DNA of 60,000 bases, taken from positions 56,484,001-56,544,000 of the forward strand of contig NC_045696.1 in assembly GCF_009834535.1 (NCBI RefSeq), read 5' to 3'. Made by a program: the position numbers and the translations under genes. The stretch is from Camelus ferus (Eukaryota). Shown one piece after another: positions 37,307-48,970 of the stretch; within the stretch, counting starts at the first letter, position 1; the number at the start of each line of letters is the position of its first letter. Under the pieces are notes generated by a model. That model saw nothing but the letters and a program-made list of their open reading frames with translations. It did no database searches and was not told the origin of the DNA.

Positions 37307-37436
37307 CTTTGCAGTGTCCATCATAATCAACCTGGATTTTGGATCCAGTGAGGCAGGCATCTCGATGCAGCTCACAGTGATTGAGGTAGGTCTTGCCGTT
37401 GCTGCCACATACAGGCCTCTTGTGAGGTTTGCATTG
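37307..37436 (-). CDS. FSTL1: FSTL1 exon 4 (Kazal domain [43 protein letters not shown])
   Basis: 130 bp; TTTCAG|CAA ... AAAG|GTAAGG; contained in ORF 37212..37511. Confidence 0.98.
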
Positions 37437-39195
37437 CTGAAACAGACCGCGGAGGATGTTGGTGCAGTCAAGGCTGAGTGTGTGTGCGTGCACACACACG
37501 TACACACACACGGAGCCATCTTGTGAGGGGAGTCCCTACCAGCAGAGATAGCCTCTATCCCACCAGGGTATAGGGAGCCTTGGCCCTGGCATCAGTGATC
37601 CTACCCCACTCAGTGTTGGACGGACCACCACATCACCTTGCAGCCCTGCAGGGCCCTTTGTGCTGATTCTGGCCCAGGGTCATCTTTTTTATTCAGCAAA
37701 AAGAAACAGCCTCCCTTCCCCCACCCTATCAAATTAGCAGGAAGGGCATTTTATTAGAAGTCAGGAATCCGAATTCTCTGTCACTTCATTACTTTGTAGA
37801 AAGTCACTCAATGTTTTTGGATGACCTAAGATCCATTAAAATTTCAACATTCTATGACACAACATCCAGAGGTGAGAGCTGGGAATGTGGAGTGACTGAA
37901 AGGCAAACACACAGCCTCCCACCCTCATCACCCCAATGCTTCAATTATTCCACAGTCTAACTGTAAGAATCTTTGCTCTCCTGCTTTGTTTAGTATTTTG
38001 TTTTCCTCCTAACCTCACAACACCTGTTGTGCCTGGGTCTTTGTGAAGTACTACAGAGAATCATTCTGGACATGGAACTGGACTAAAGTTCACTTGGCAA
38101 CTCGGTTCTACTTTGGCTATTTAAAGTGCCATGGCCACAGGCAAGCTCAGTTTCTTTAGACTTCCGTGGTTTTTGAAAGGGGGAAAGGGAAAGCAAGTTC
38201 TGCTCAGACCGAATAAAGGCACTAAAGCAAAAAAACAAAACAAAACAAAACAAACAGTAGATGTGGTAAAAGAATACAGAACCCTGGAACAGGAAGGCAG
38301 CCCAACCTTTCCAGTTTACCAACCAGAAAACCAAATCCCAGAAAGATGAACTTCACTTAACCAATACTTACCACTGGGTTCTTGGTATGTGCTGGGCCCT
38401 GAGAAAAGCCAAACATGGTCTGCCTACATGGCATCCAGCAGCAACTAACTTGCTCAAAATCCCGCAACGATAGGTGGCCGAGCTGAGGTTAGATGCCAGG
38501 TTTCCACCCACTAAGTGGCCACATAGTGGCCAGGCAAACCTCTGATGAGGAACTCCCAGAGTCCCCAGCAGATCTGGTTTGCAGGCTTCTGAGTTGAGGG
38601 ACTTCCTTTTTGGGACAATGGGCCAGGATCCTTCACCTAGGGACTAAGCTGGGTATATTTATTTGTAGAAATACAGATGAATTTCTAGTCTTGAGTTGGT
38701 TTCACAGAAAGAGGAAGAAAGGGCACATACCCAGGCTATTTATATTTGTCAAGAGGGAGAACCTATAAAAGAATTATTTCTCAAAAACTCACTTTGCTTT
38801 TTAAATTTCATTAAAAAAAAAAAAACCTGAAAAAATCTGTATTCCATCTAGTATTTTAAAATGTGCATATCCTTTGACCTAGCAAGCCCCAGTGGGACTC
38901 AGTCCTGCAGAAATAAAGGCAGCAGCATGTAAGAATATTTGCACAAGGATATTTTTGTTTGTAGTGGTAAACAACCCATGAAACAACCTAAAGGCCCATT
39001 GATAGGAAAATGATTACATAAATCTGGTGCTTTTATATCAATATTATTGAACTATTAAAAAATAAATTAGAACTATATGTGCTGACCTAGAGGATTACCC
39101 GTAATATATTAATGAGTACAAAATCCAAGATGCATTTATCTAGGTCTGTCTGTATATATAATCCCATTTTTACAGATGATTTTTTAAAATTGAGA

Positions 39196-39248
39196 TACTG
39201 AGGATTGAACCTAGGACCTCGTGCATGACTGAGCTATACTCCAACCCC
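39196..39248 (-). mobile_element. Internally deleted Vic-1-type SINE head
   Basis: TACTGAGGATTGAACCTAGGACCTCGTGCATG-ACTGAGCTATAC nearly identical to 1931-1992 minus the anticodon/D-arm portion. Confidence 0.75.
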
Positions 39249-39494
39249 AATCCAATTTTTACATAAAATAGGGGGAAACCTTGTATGTTCATAGTAGCAT
39301 AGAAAAAAAGAAAACACGTGGAACAAATACATATACCAAACTGTTAACACTGATTATCTCAGACTCATGGGATTTGAGGCTTATGGGGAAGATCATTAAC
39401 TTTATGTTTGTATAAATGTCTGTACTACTTGACTTTTATAAAGCAATTGTTAATTTTGTAATTTAAAAATCTTATAAAGCAAAAAAATTAAAAA

Positions 39495-40513
39495 ATTTTT
39501 TTCATTGAGGTATAGTCAGTTTACAATCTTGTGTCAATTTCTGGTGTACAGCACAGTGCTTCAGTCATACATGAATATACATATATTCATTTTCATATTC
39601 TTTTTCACCATAAGCTACTGCAAGATTGAATATATTTCCCTGTGCTATACAGTATAAACTTGTTTATCTGTTTTATACATATATCAGTCAGTATCTGCAA
39701 ATCTAGAACTCCCAGTTTATCCCTTCCCACCCCGCTCCCCTGTGGCAACCACAAGTCTGTATTCTATGTCTGTGAGTCTGTTTCTGTTTTGTATATAAGT
39801 TCACTTGTCTTTTTTTTTTTTTAGATGCCACATATGAGTGATACCATATGGTATTTTTCCTTCTCTTTCTGGCTCATATCACTTAGAATGACATTCTCCA
39901 GGGTCATCCATGTTGCTGCAAATGGCATTATTTTATCATTTTTTATGGCTGAGTAGTATTCCGTTGTATAAATATAACACAACTTCTTTATCCAGTCATC
40001 TGTCGATGGACATTTAGGTTGTTTCCATGTCTTGGCTATTGTAAATAGTGCTGCTATGAACACTGGGGTGCAGGTGTCTTTTTGAATTAAGGTTCCCTCT
40101 GGATATATGCCCAGGAGTGGGACTGCTAGGTCATATGGTAAGTCTATTTTTAGTCTTTTGAGGAACCTCCATACTGTTTTCCACGATGGCTGCACCAAAC
40201 TGCATTCCCACCAACAGTGTAGGAGGGTTCCCTTTTCTCCACAGCCTCTCCAGCATATATCATTTGTGGATTTTTGAATGATGGCCATACTGACTGGTGT
40301 GAGATGATACCTCATTGTAGTTTTGATTTGCATTTCTCTGATAATTAGTGATATTGAGCATTTTTTCATGTGCCTATTGGTCATGCGTATGTCTTCATTG
40401 GAGAATTCCTTAATTAGGTCTTCTGCCCATTTTTGGATTGGGTTTTTTTTTTTCTTATTAAGTCATATGAGCTATTTATATTTTCTGGAAATCAAGCCCT
40501 TGTCAGTCTCATC
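39495..40513 (-). mobile_element. Young lineage-specific L1 3' end (~1 kb) in FSTL1 intron 3
   Basis: Uninterrupted 187-aa L1 ORF2 C-terminus (ORF 39821..40384, with [18 protein letters not shown]); TSD-like TAAAG(C/A)AAAAAAA on both sides. Confidence 0.95.
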
Positions 40514-40724
40514 TAAAGAAAAAAAAACTTTAAAGGAAAAATATCCTTACATTCACATCTGATTTTTCATTCCTGAGATAAAAATTTTACTTCTTTTAGA
40601 TAGACAAGGTGTGCTTTTATAAAGATGGTGAAATCGTTGGCTCTGCTCTGCTGACTGGTAGCTCCAGCAAGGTAACCATAGGGGCCTTGGCCACTGTCCT
40701 CTGGCTTGTGACTTCAGGACTTAC

Positions 40725-40829
40725 CTCGATGCACAAGCAGGTGGGCTCTCCCTTCTCTGTGACTGCACATTCCCGGCCGGCTCCACAAAACACATTGGCA
40801 CAGATCTTGGATTTGCTCCTTAGTTCTTC
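40725..40829 (-). CDS. FSTL1: Follistatin-like 1, coding exon 3 ([35 protein letters not shown])
   Basis: 105 bp; acceptor TTTTAG|GAA and donor GAG|GTAAGT on minus strand; translation matches the FSTL1 follistatin-N domain. Confidence 0.98.
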
Positions 40830-41976
40830 CTAAAACACAAAATCATAAAGGAAACCTTGTCACTGAGATGAGCCCATCTCCGGATGAGCCAATGGTGGTG
40901 TTCTGGAGATGTGGCTTATGTCCTGAAGGGTCCTGAATAGCCAGAAGCTGTCCCTGTAGGCCAGCACTGCTCCTGCTTAGGCCCACTACCTAGTGGTCCC
41001 TAAGTTTGTTTCTTCAAGAGCAAGAGCTTCTTTCCTGCATGCTTCCCTTCTTCTAAAAATGTTTATTGAGCACCCATTAAATGTCAACTCTTGGCTAAGG
41101 ACTGGAGACAGAAAGACACAGTCCCAGTCCACAAGGAGCTCCAAGACTCTCCAAGGAAACACAGTGAAGAGATGTTTAGAAAGCAATATGGAAGTGTGAC
41201 GACAGGAGCACCGTCGAGCTGGAGGATGAGAATCAAATGAGACTTTCTAAAGGTAGGATGCCTTGACTGAATCTCAAAGGATGAGAAGGGTGAGCCAGGC
41301 AGAAATGGACAAAATCTCACCAAGTAGTATTCAAGGCACTATTATCTTAAAAGGCAAAAGAAAGATGGCTAAACCATCGGAAACATGAATCTGCTATTAT
41401 TTGACATGGTCTTATTCAGCCCCTGTCCATATCTGCCTTTGGCTCCAAGACCAAGGGGGCCAAAGCACCTGACAGACAGAACTGTTCTGAAACCACTTGC
41501 GGTCAGACATTCATGTTCAGATGTATGCGGCAGAACTGGCAAGGCAGGGAATGGTCCCAGTCTATGCCACTGAGAATGTGGGTGTTTATGGGCACTAATC
41601 TGTCAGTGACACAGTCCTTCCCTCGTTCATTGGTGGCAGAAAGCCAGCCCCACCTCATCTGCCACTCTGGCCAGCAGTAGTGGTGGTTGAATGAAGGAGA
41701 ATGTGATTCCTCTAGCCCTTTTCCTAACTGGCTGGGCAGGCAGTCACCATGGCCTCCAGGCTCCCGCCCACTGGGGTAGCACTGTCACTGTCACTGCTGT
41801 GACAGAACCAACAGAGATGGTTGGGGCTGGGATGGGGTCATAGGGCTGGCTATCTTAGATTCTATCCTTCAGGCCATGTCTACCACGTCATGCAGAGAAC
41901 TCACACCCACAGAGCTTGTAACTGTAAAATTCTTATAGTTGATAAATGTTTTATACCCAAGAATAGGTCAAAGAAA

Positions 41977-42019
41977 GCAAAACAAAAACAAAAACAAAAA
42001 CAAAAACAAAAACAAAAAC
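41977..42019 (+). repeat. (CAAAAA)n hexanucleotide repeat
   Basis: Direct reading. Confidence 0.9.
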
Positions 42020-45000
42020 GAAAAAAACCCCAAAAAACCAAAGTAGATGTTGAGAGCTGAGCTGAGGGTCTGTGTCCAATATAGCTGGTCTGCTGCCACC
42101 TGGAGGCTGCTTTGCAAACTCCAGGTTATTATTTTCTCTCTGAGCCAGCTTGCCCTTCATGCAGGGCTCCCATTGGTCTAGAAACCCTTGCCATGCTCAC
42201 ATTTCATTGGTTCACAGGCTGTTGCTAAACCCATTCTTTTTTGGATGTTGCTATGGGGAATTCAATAAAGCTGGCAGGCAGCAAATAAAAGAGGAAGTAA
42301 TTCCCAGAGGCCAGGGGTACTAGAGAGCTGTTGTTTCCTAAACCAGGAGTGGAGATAAAAATTGAGCATATTCTCCAGGCAGGGCTCTCTTGGAAACTGT
42401 CCCTGGGAATGGCAAGCTGTTCTAAAAATGAAGAGAAAAAGGCTATTGCTGACCAGTGTAAAAAAAAAAATCTCAGGTAAGACTACCTTCTTCTCTTCCC
42501 TTCATGAAAACACATGCTAACTGAGGGATACAGGCAAACATATACCCCTCATGAATGTATCACATGAGTAAAAGATACACTAATGCATTAAAAAAACATG
42601 CTCAGAATGCCTACCCTCAGAGACACACCAACACACAGCCCCATGGACAGATACCCACAAACCTTTACTACTTATTAGCTGTGTGTCTGTAATTAATCAC
42701 TTTAATTCTCTGAGCCTTGGTTTCCTCATCTGTAAAATATGAGTAAATATCAGCCCTGCCTTGTGAAGGAGAAATGAGATAATGTCTTTGGAATTGTGTC
42801 ATAAACTATAAGCAAGCTGCCTGTGAAGTGTTATTCATGTTAACGTTTATAGGGTTCCCTGCAGAATAACCTGTGGCATTTACAGAACTTCTTTTTCAGT
42901 TAACGTTTGTTTTTACTGAGTATTAAAAATAAAAGATTTTATTTATAGGTCGAATTCAACCCAAGTCACTTTTCAGAAACAATTCTCAAAAATTCATTTG
43001 AAGGAACAGATACTCTTTACTTAAAATATAGGGACTAATGTTTGAACAGCACTATTAACATTTACAAAGTGTTTTCACACACACAGTTTCATCTTACTTC
43101 GGACAACCCTGCAAAAACATGCATATTATTAACCCCTTTTTATAGACGAGGAAACCAAAGATGGGAAGGTCAAGTAAACTGCCCAAGGTCCGACGGCTAA
43201 AAGTGAGGGGCTAGGATTCCCCAGATCTTCAGACAATAGATGATTAAGCTCCTGTTTATAAATATGTGGAACCCTGCAAAGTGGTTTTCATTATACATGC
43301 GCTTAAGCTCAAGGACAACCAGAAACGAGACATCAGAGCCATCTCTCGTTTCTACCGACGAGGGAACTGAGCCTAAGAGGTTACTTAGCAGAAAGCAGCA
43401 TAGCTGGGACTCTGCCTGACCAAAGGGGAAAGTATTCTTTTATACTTGACTTATTTTCACATATAGAAGATTGAGGGTTAAGGAAATTATGATAGGGATT
43501 TGACTTGCATAATCAGCAAATGTTGGGAGAAAGTACTTAAGAGTATGACAGACAGACTTGACTCCCACCTCCCACCTCTGCTTCTTCCTTGCCATGTGGG
43601 CAGGGTACTCACTTTAAACCTCAGTTTTCTAGTGTGTAAAATAGGAACACTGATCCCTGCATGGTCTGCGTGAGAGTTACATGAGACGGACTGCATGCAA
43701 CAGAGGGTCTGCCTCACAACAGAAAGTGGCCATTATTACAGTGGGCAACTGATTTTCAGACAATTTACCCCCTGAGATGCCGTTATCAACTTGGGCTGTC
43801 AAGTCCCCACCCATCCTTCCTTACACTGGAATGATAATACTGAGAGCAGGACTGACTGAATGGAAAAAAACCCAAGTGCCTAACAACCGGGTTATCCTGT
43901 TTGAAGACCACAGAGAAATGCTACATACACAAGCATTCCTCTTTGCAGGCGGCACATCTGTCAATAGGTGGCAATCCCTCTCTTCGTCTTGTGAAGCCCA
44001 GAGCCGCAATGCAGAAGCACATCTTTGGCTCCTGCAGCTCCTCCCAGCTCTGTCCTCTCAGTGAGATATGGTGAAGGTGGGGTGGAGTGGTAGAAGGGGC
44101 AGGTGCCCTGCAGGCATCAGGGCACCAGGAACCAGAGATTTGCTGACTTGGGGAAAAATGTCTAACCTGAAGCCCTCAGAGCACCCCTCCTCTCCCTGTG
44201 CGATTCTGCCCGTTTGCAGCATGCTGTAACACAGAAATCAATAATGAAGAAAATTTTCTACAGAGGGGGGCCTCTTTGTGTCACTGAAAGTCTTCTCCAA
44301 GCCCCATGGAGAACATTGCATGAGGGGGTAAACATGACATGAATATGCTCATGGGACAGGGCAATGACTGCCTGGTGTGTGAGTGGAGGGGGGCATGGTG
44401 AGGAAGAGAAAGATGAGGTGGAGTGGCAGGTGGCCAGGGAGGAGGGCATGGGTCTTGCCAAGTGATTCAGGAGGCTCTCCGTGGATCTGACGGGCAGTGA
44501 AAACCTTGGGAAGTTTGGGATGGGGCAGGTGACACGATGAAGGTGATGCTTTGGAATATTGTGTCTGGTCCCTTCCAGCTTGGAAATACTGATTCAAAGT
44601 GCAGGACAGCCTGGATGGAGAGGGGCTGAAGGCAGAGAAACCTGCCAGGTGTAAGGCAGCAATCTTGTGGGGAAGGGGGTGACCAGGGCCTAGGGCTAAT
44701 ATTAATCAGAGCACCTACAACTGAGTGAGGCTCTTCACAGATATCTCTGTCCTCATGTCTGTGTAGCTTTCCATATTTTTAGTCCCATGTAACAGATAAG
44801 GAGGAATTTAAGATTCAGAAAAGCTCTGTGATGTGCAGAGGCCACATAGCTAGCAAAAGCTGAGCCATGATTAGAACACAGGTCAGCCTGACCCCAGAGC
44901 CTCGACAGTGCCTTCTGGGGAAGAGTCAAGGGAATGAGCTGGGGGGGGGGGTGTGTTACAGCTACAAGGACTGGCACAGGGGGAGGTCACAGATGCAGTG

Positions 45001-46616
45001 CAGTTCTTGCAATTGAAACAGAACTGTTTGCTTTACCACCATAACAATTTTAGGAATTAGGTCCCAAGGCTGTATGAGAATTTTATCCATGCATAGACCC
45101 ACACTGGCATATGAATATTCTCTAGGAGTATGTGGTTACAAGTATATGAACCCGTAAGTATGAATGTACCTGTGAGAGTGTGGTTGAGTGGGGAGAGGGA
45201 GTGTGTTCTGGAAGTGTGGACACTCTGATATATTGAGACAAATAGACAAAATACTTGCTCCCTATGGAGAAGCTTTATCCTTCTGTATCCTTGACTTGCT
45301 TTTATGTTGTTTTCATTATGTGTTGCAAGCCACGCTCAGGGGTTTGGTCTCATGATTAATTTTCGCAATGCAAATTCCTCTTGGTAAAAGATGACCGGGA
45401 ACACTGCTGACTTTTACCAGGGAAAAACTTCCTCTCTGAGCCATTGCATAGTGATAATGATACTTTCCATTTGTACAGCAATTTTGATTAGTCTGTAATT
45501 TTTACTATCATTTTTATTCTCAAAACGTTTTAGGATAGGCAGGCAGGGGTTACCTCTAAGGCCCCTCCAGATCTAACACCCTGTAATGAGAAAGAAATGA
45601 AGGCTCATAGCTGTATTGACTGGTTCAAGACCTTATGGGTACAGAGCTGGGTCCTGGCCCAAGGTCTCCAGACTTTAATTCCAGCCCTCTTTCCAGTAAA
45701 TCACTTTGCCTCTTTATAAATCAAAGCTAAAAAAGGTGTTGTCTTGGATCCAAGATCTAAAAAAACCAGAAAGTATTTTTGCAATTGAAAGAGATCCTTT
45801 GCAAGCAAAGGGAAAAGCAAGTTATTTGCAAAACCACCAGTAGAGGTGATAGCGTGTCTGGGCTGACCAGCATTAAGTCTGAACATAAAATATGCTTTGA
45901 ATGTTTAAAAAAAGTCTTCTGAAGTAAAACAATTTCTGGAAGAACAGTGTGCTTTGGCAGGGGAGGAAGCTTATAAGCAAAGCCATAAAACTGTCAGCTT
46001 AATATACCATCATTTCACTAATGGGAACTGGGTCGGCTCTGTCCCCTCCATCCTTTTCCTCCTTCCCAACTTTCTTTTTGGAAAAAAAAACAGCCCTGCA
46101 TACGCCAAGGTGGAATTTTGGCTCCACTTTCCACTATTCTGTGACAGAGCAGCTTTGTTGACGTGAGAAAGGCTCTCCTTGCTTCACCAGAATTAGTCAT
46201 GGAAACTTCACAGGAACACCAGGGCCCCTCAGATATGCAGAGCACCATAGAGTTGGGGACAAAGGAATTCACAGAACTGGGGAGAGCAGGAGGAGACCAG
46301 GGAGGAGTGCAGGGTGGGAGGCTGGCTGCTCCCAAGCGGCTGTTCTGGAATGGAACCCAGTAGCACAGGCCTGAGAAAATCAGGGAGGAGGCAAAGCCAC
46401 TAACTGGAGCATCACATGACCTTGCTCGATTCTCTCTGATTCTCTTTCTTTGAAAAAAATGTGTTGCTGTGTCCTATATATTCTAGGAAAGAAGGAAGAA
46501 GTCGTGACTTCTAACAGTTGCTCTGATGTGCTTGGCAGTAGGCACTGCATTTGCAGGGACAGTGTCCCTCCCTCTTGTGTGCTCACGACCAATCTTTCAT
46601 CTCAAGGTTTAGGCAC

Positions 46617-46790
46617 CAGGGCCAGATCCAGGTTTTGTGGGGCCTGAAGCTTAAACAATTGGAGGGGCCCTCCTGAAGAAAAAGAACATATACCTATGAC
46701 TGCAAAATAGGGCACAGGGCTTTGGAAGGGGACTTGCAAGTAAAAGGTCTGAAACTGAAGCTAAATTAGCTTCTCAGTCAATCTAACGCT
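46617..46790. mobile_element. hAT-Tip100-like non-autonomous DNA transposon
   Basis: CAGGGCCAGATCCAGGTTTTGTGGGGCCTGAAGCTT...GGGGCCCTC...GAAGCTAAATTAGCTTC pattern. Confidence 0.55.
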
Positions 46791-48279
46791 CCATCTTACA
46801 TACATTTTCTTTAAAAACAAGCAGGCTTTGGGGCCTTTAGTCTATTATTCAGAGTCCTATTTAATATTTTATGCACATATAGCTCATCTCAGGTAGACTA
46901 AGTGCCTGCACACTTTGCCTTCCCACAGACCCACCACGTTGTCCTGCCTGAAAAAAATGCTCAATAAATGTTTTTTACATTGTGTCATCTGGGGTTCATT
47001 CAGGTTAGTGTCAGTGTCAGTGGCCAGTGACAAGGCACCAGGATGCTTGGGGGAAGGTGTGGCAGAGCTTTATGATATTAACATAAAGGCTGCATCACCC
47101 CAAGAGGATAGGCCTTAAGATTAAAAAAAACTATTAAGGACCTGTCATTCAAGAATTATCTAATTTTTCACTGTATTAATTTCTCTGTGTTCAGCCTCTA
47201 CCACAGTGTATGGGATAACACATTTTTCTACTCATTATGTGATAATGTATTGTGTGCTGGGAAGTGACTACTTCCAAATTTCAAATGAGACATGGCTGTT
47301 TACCTTAATCACTGTCTTTATTATTTTACAGATTCTGTTATATTCTCTAGGTGTTTGCCTTGTCAGACTGAAGGATCTACACTGCCATCTTCATATGGAA
47401 GCCATTTCACCTTCTCAGTTGCTCATCTGCCATCTTTCAGATGCCTCCCTCTCCACGTTAGGTCTTTCTTGAGGTGACCCAGATACAGCACTGCAGACTG
47501 GATGCTTGGTTTCTATGTAATCGTAGGTTCAGCTTCCTGCAATGGTCTTGTGCAATCATAGCATAAGTAAATAGCAGCATTTAGTATGCACGTAGAGTCA
47601 GAAATATATTAGACCCCTTCACATAGGACTGAAAATAATCTCAGAAGGGTCTATGAGGCCGGAGAACTCATCCCTGCTGGCAGCGAGGAGACTGTGACTC
47701 CAAGTACTGTGACTGAGGTTAGAGTCAAGCCAGTGGGCTCTGCCTCCAGCCCCTGAGAAAGCACTTCTGCTCTTATATCTTCAGGTCATGGGTCCACAGC
47801 AGTGAGTTGGGGTGTCTACCCGGCGTGCCATGCTGTCTCCCCGACTCAGGCACATCTGAAGACTTCACTCTGACTGACAGAGGCTATCAGCTCCCCACTC
47901 TCTGTCTACAGTCCTCAGAGTGATCCCTGGGAATTCCTGAGATAGCCTGTCAGTCTTCCTAAAGAATGCTGTAAGTCTTCTAGTTTCACAATTTCACCCT
48001 TCAGTTTCTTCAGAACCCTGAATGGAAACTTTGAAGCCAGACTGCTTTCCATTCTGAATTAGTCTGTTAGGCTTGAGCATGGTACTCATTTTCTGTTTTC
48101 CCACCATCTGCCTGAGACTTGTCCACTTTAAAGGACAAAGTAGAGGGTATGAATAGTCCTCCAGTCTTCTTCAGTGAAGGCCAAGGCAAGGGGTTTAAAC
48201 TCATCAGAAAGCATATTTCATAATGCCCAGAACAACAAACAAGAAGGATAGCAGCCTGTGACCAACACGGTACAAGCCC

Positions 48280-48970
48280 CATGGCATACACTCTTGAATA
48301 TGGGTTGTGGCCTCTGCCCTCACAGGAACTTCTAGCCTAGTGCAGGAGGTGAAACTAACACACACAGTCCAATGTAGTCCTGAAGTAAACGCGGCTGACT
48401 CTAGGAGATGCGCTTCCTGGACGAGATGGGACTTGAGCTGAGCCCTGAACAATGGTAGGACCTGGACAGAAAACTTGCAGGTTTTTGAGCAGGAGGGTTT
48501 TAAGAACAGTTTGGCTGTGGAACATGGGAAGAGATAGGTGAGGAGGAACTGGGGTCACAAGGAAACCAGCTAGAAAGAGTCTAGGGTGATGAGAGTCTCA
48601 TGGAAAGTGGTGACATGGATACAGAGAAAGGAAGGAATCCAAGAGAAACTTCTAAAGAACAAGGAGATCTGGCAACACATTGGACAGAGGAGAGGAAGGA
48701 GGGAATCCAGGGAGCTGCCAAGATCTTTCTTTGGCTTTGAGGGTCTGGAAGGCTGCTGGTGCGTCTGTCAGAGATGGAGCCATGGGAAGGGGCTGAATGA
48801 AAGAGGGGCAGGCGATGATGACTCTGTTATGGACATAAGTCTAAAGAGACAGTAAAACATCCCACTGACAGTTGAAAATAAAGGACTAGAGATGCACACC
48901 TGGACATCATCTGTGTAGATGATGAGGACAAATGAGCTCAGGAGGGAAGGGTGGGAATGGAGGGCTGAGG
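48280..48970 (-). mobile_element. L2 fragment(s)
   Basis: TGCCCTCACAGGAACTTCTAGCCTAGT, CTTGAGCTGAGCCCTGAA, GGTTTTTGAGCAGGAG motifs. Confidence 0.6.

Noticed and set aside
29220..37526. Plus-strand ORFs 29220..29687, 29931..30158, 31428..31655, 37149..37526
   Set aside because: Antisense shadows of FSTL1 coding exons.
39821..40384. 187-aa ORF
   Set aside because: C-terminus of L1 ORF2, not a host gene.
43321..43353. Perfect 10-bp inverted repeat AGAAACGAGA/TCTCGTTTCT with 13-nt loop
   Set aside because: Short, inside a MIR remnant, and not clearly beyond chance or local template-switch mutation.
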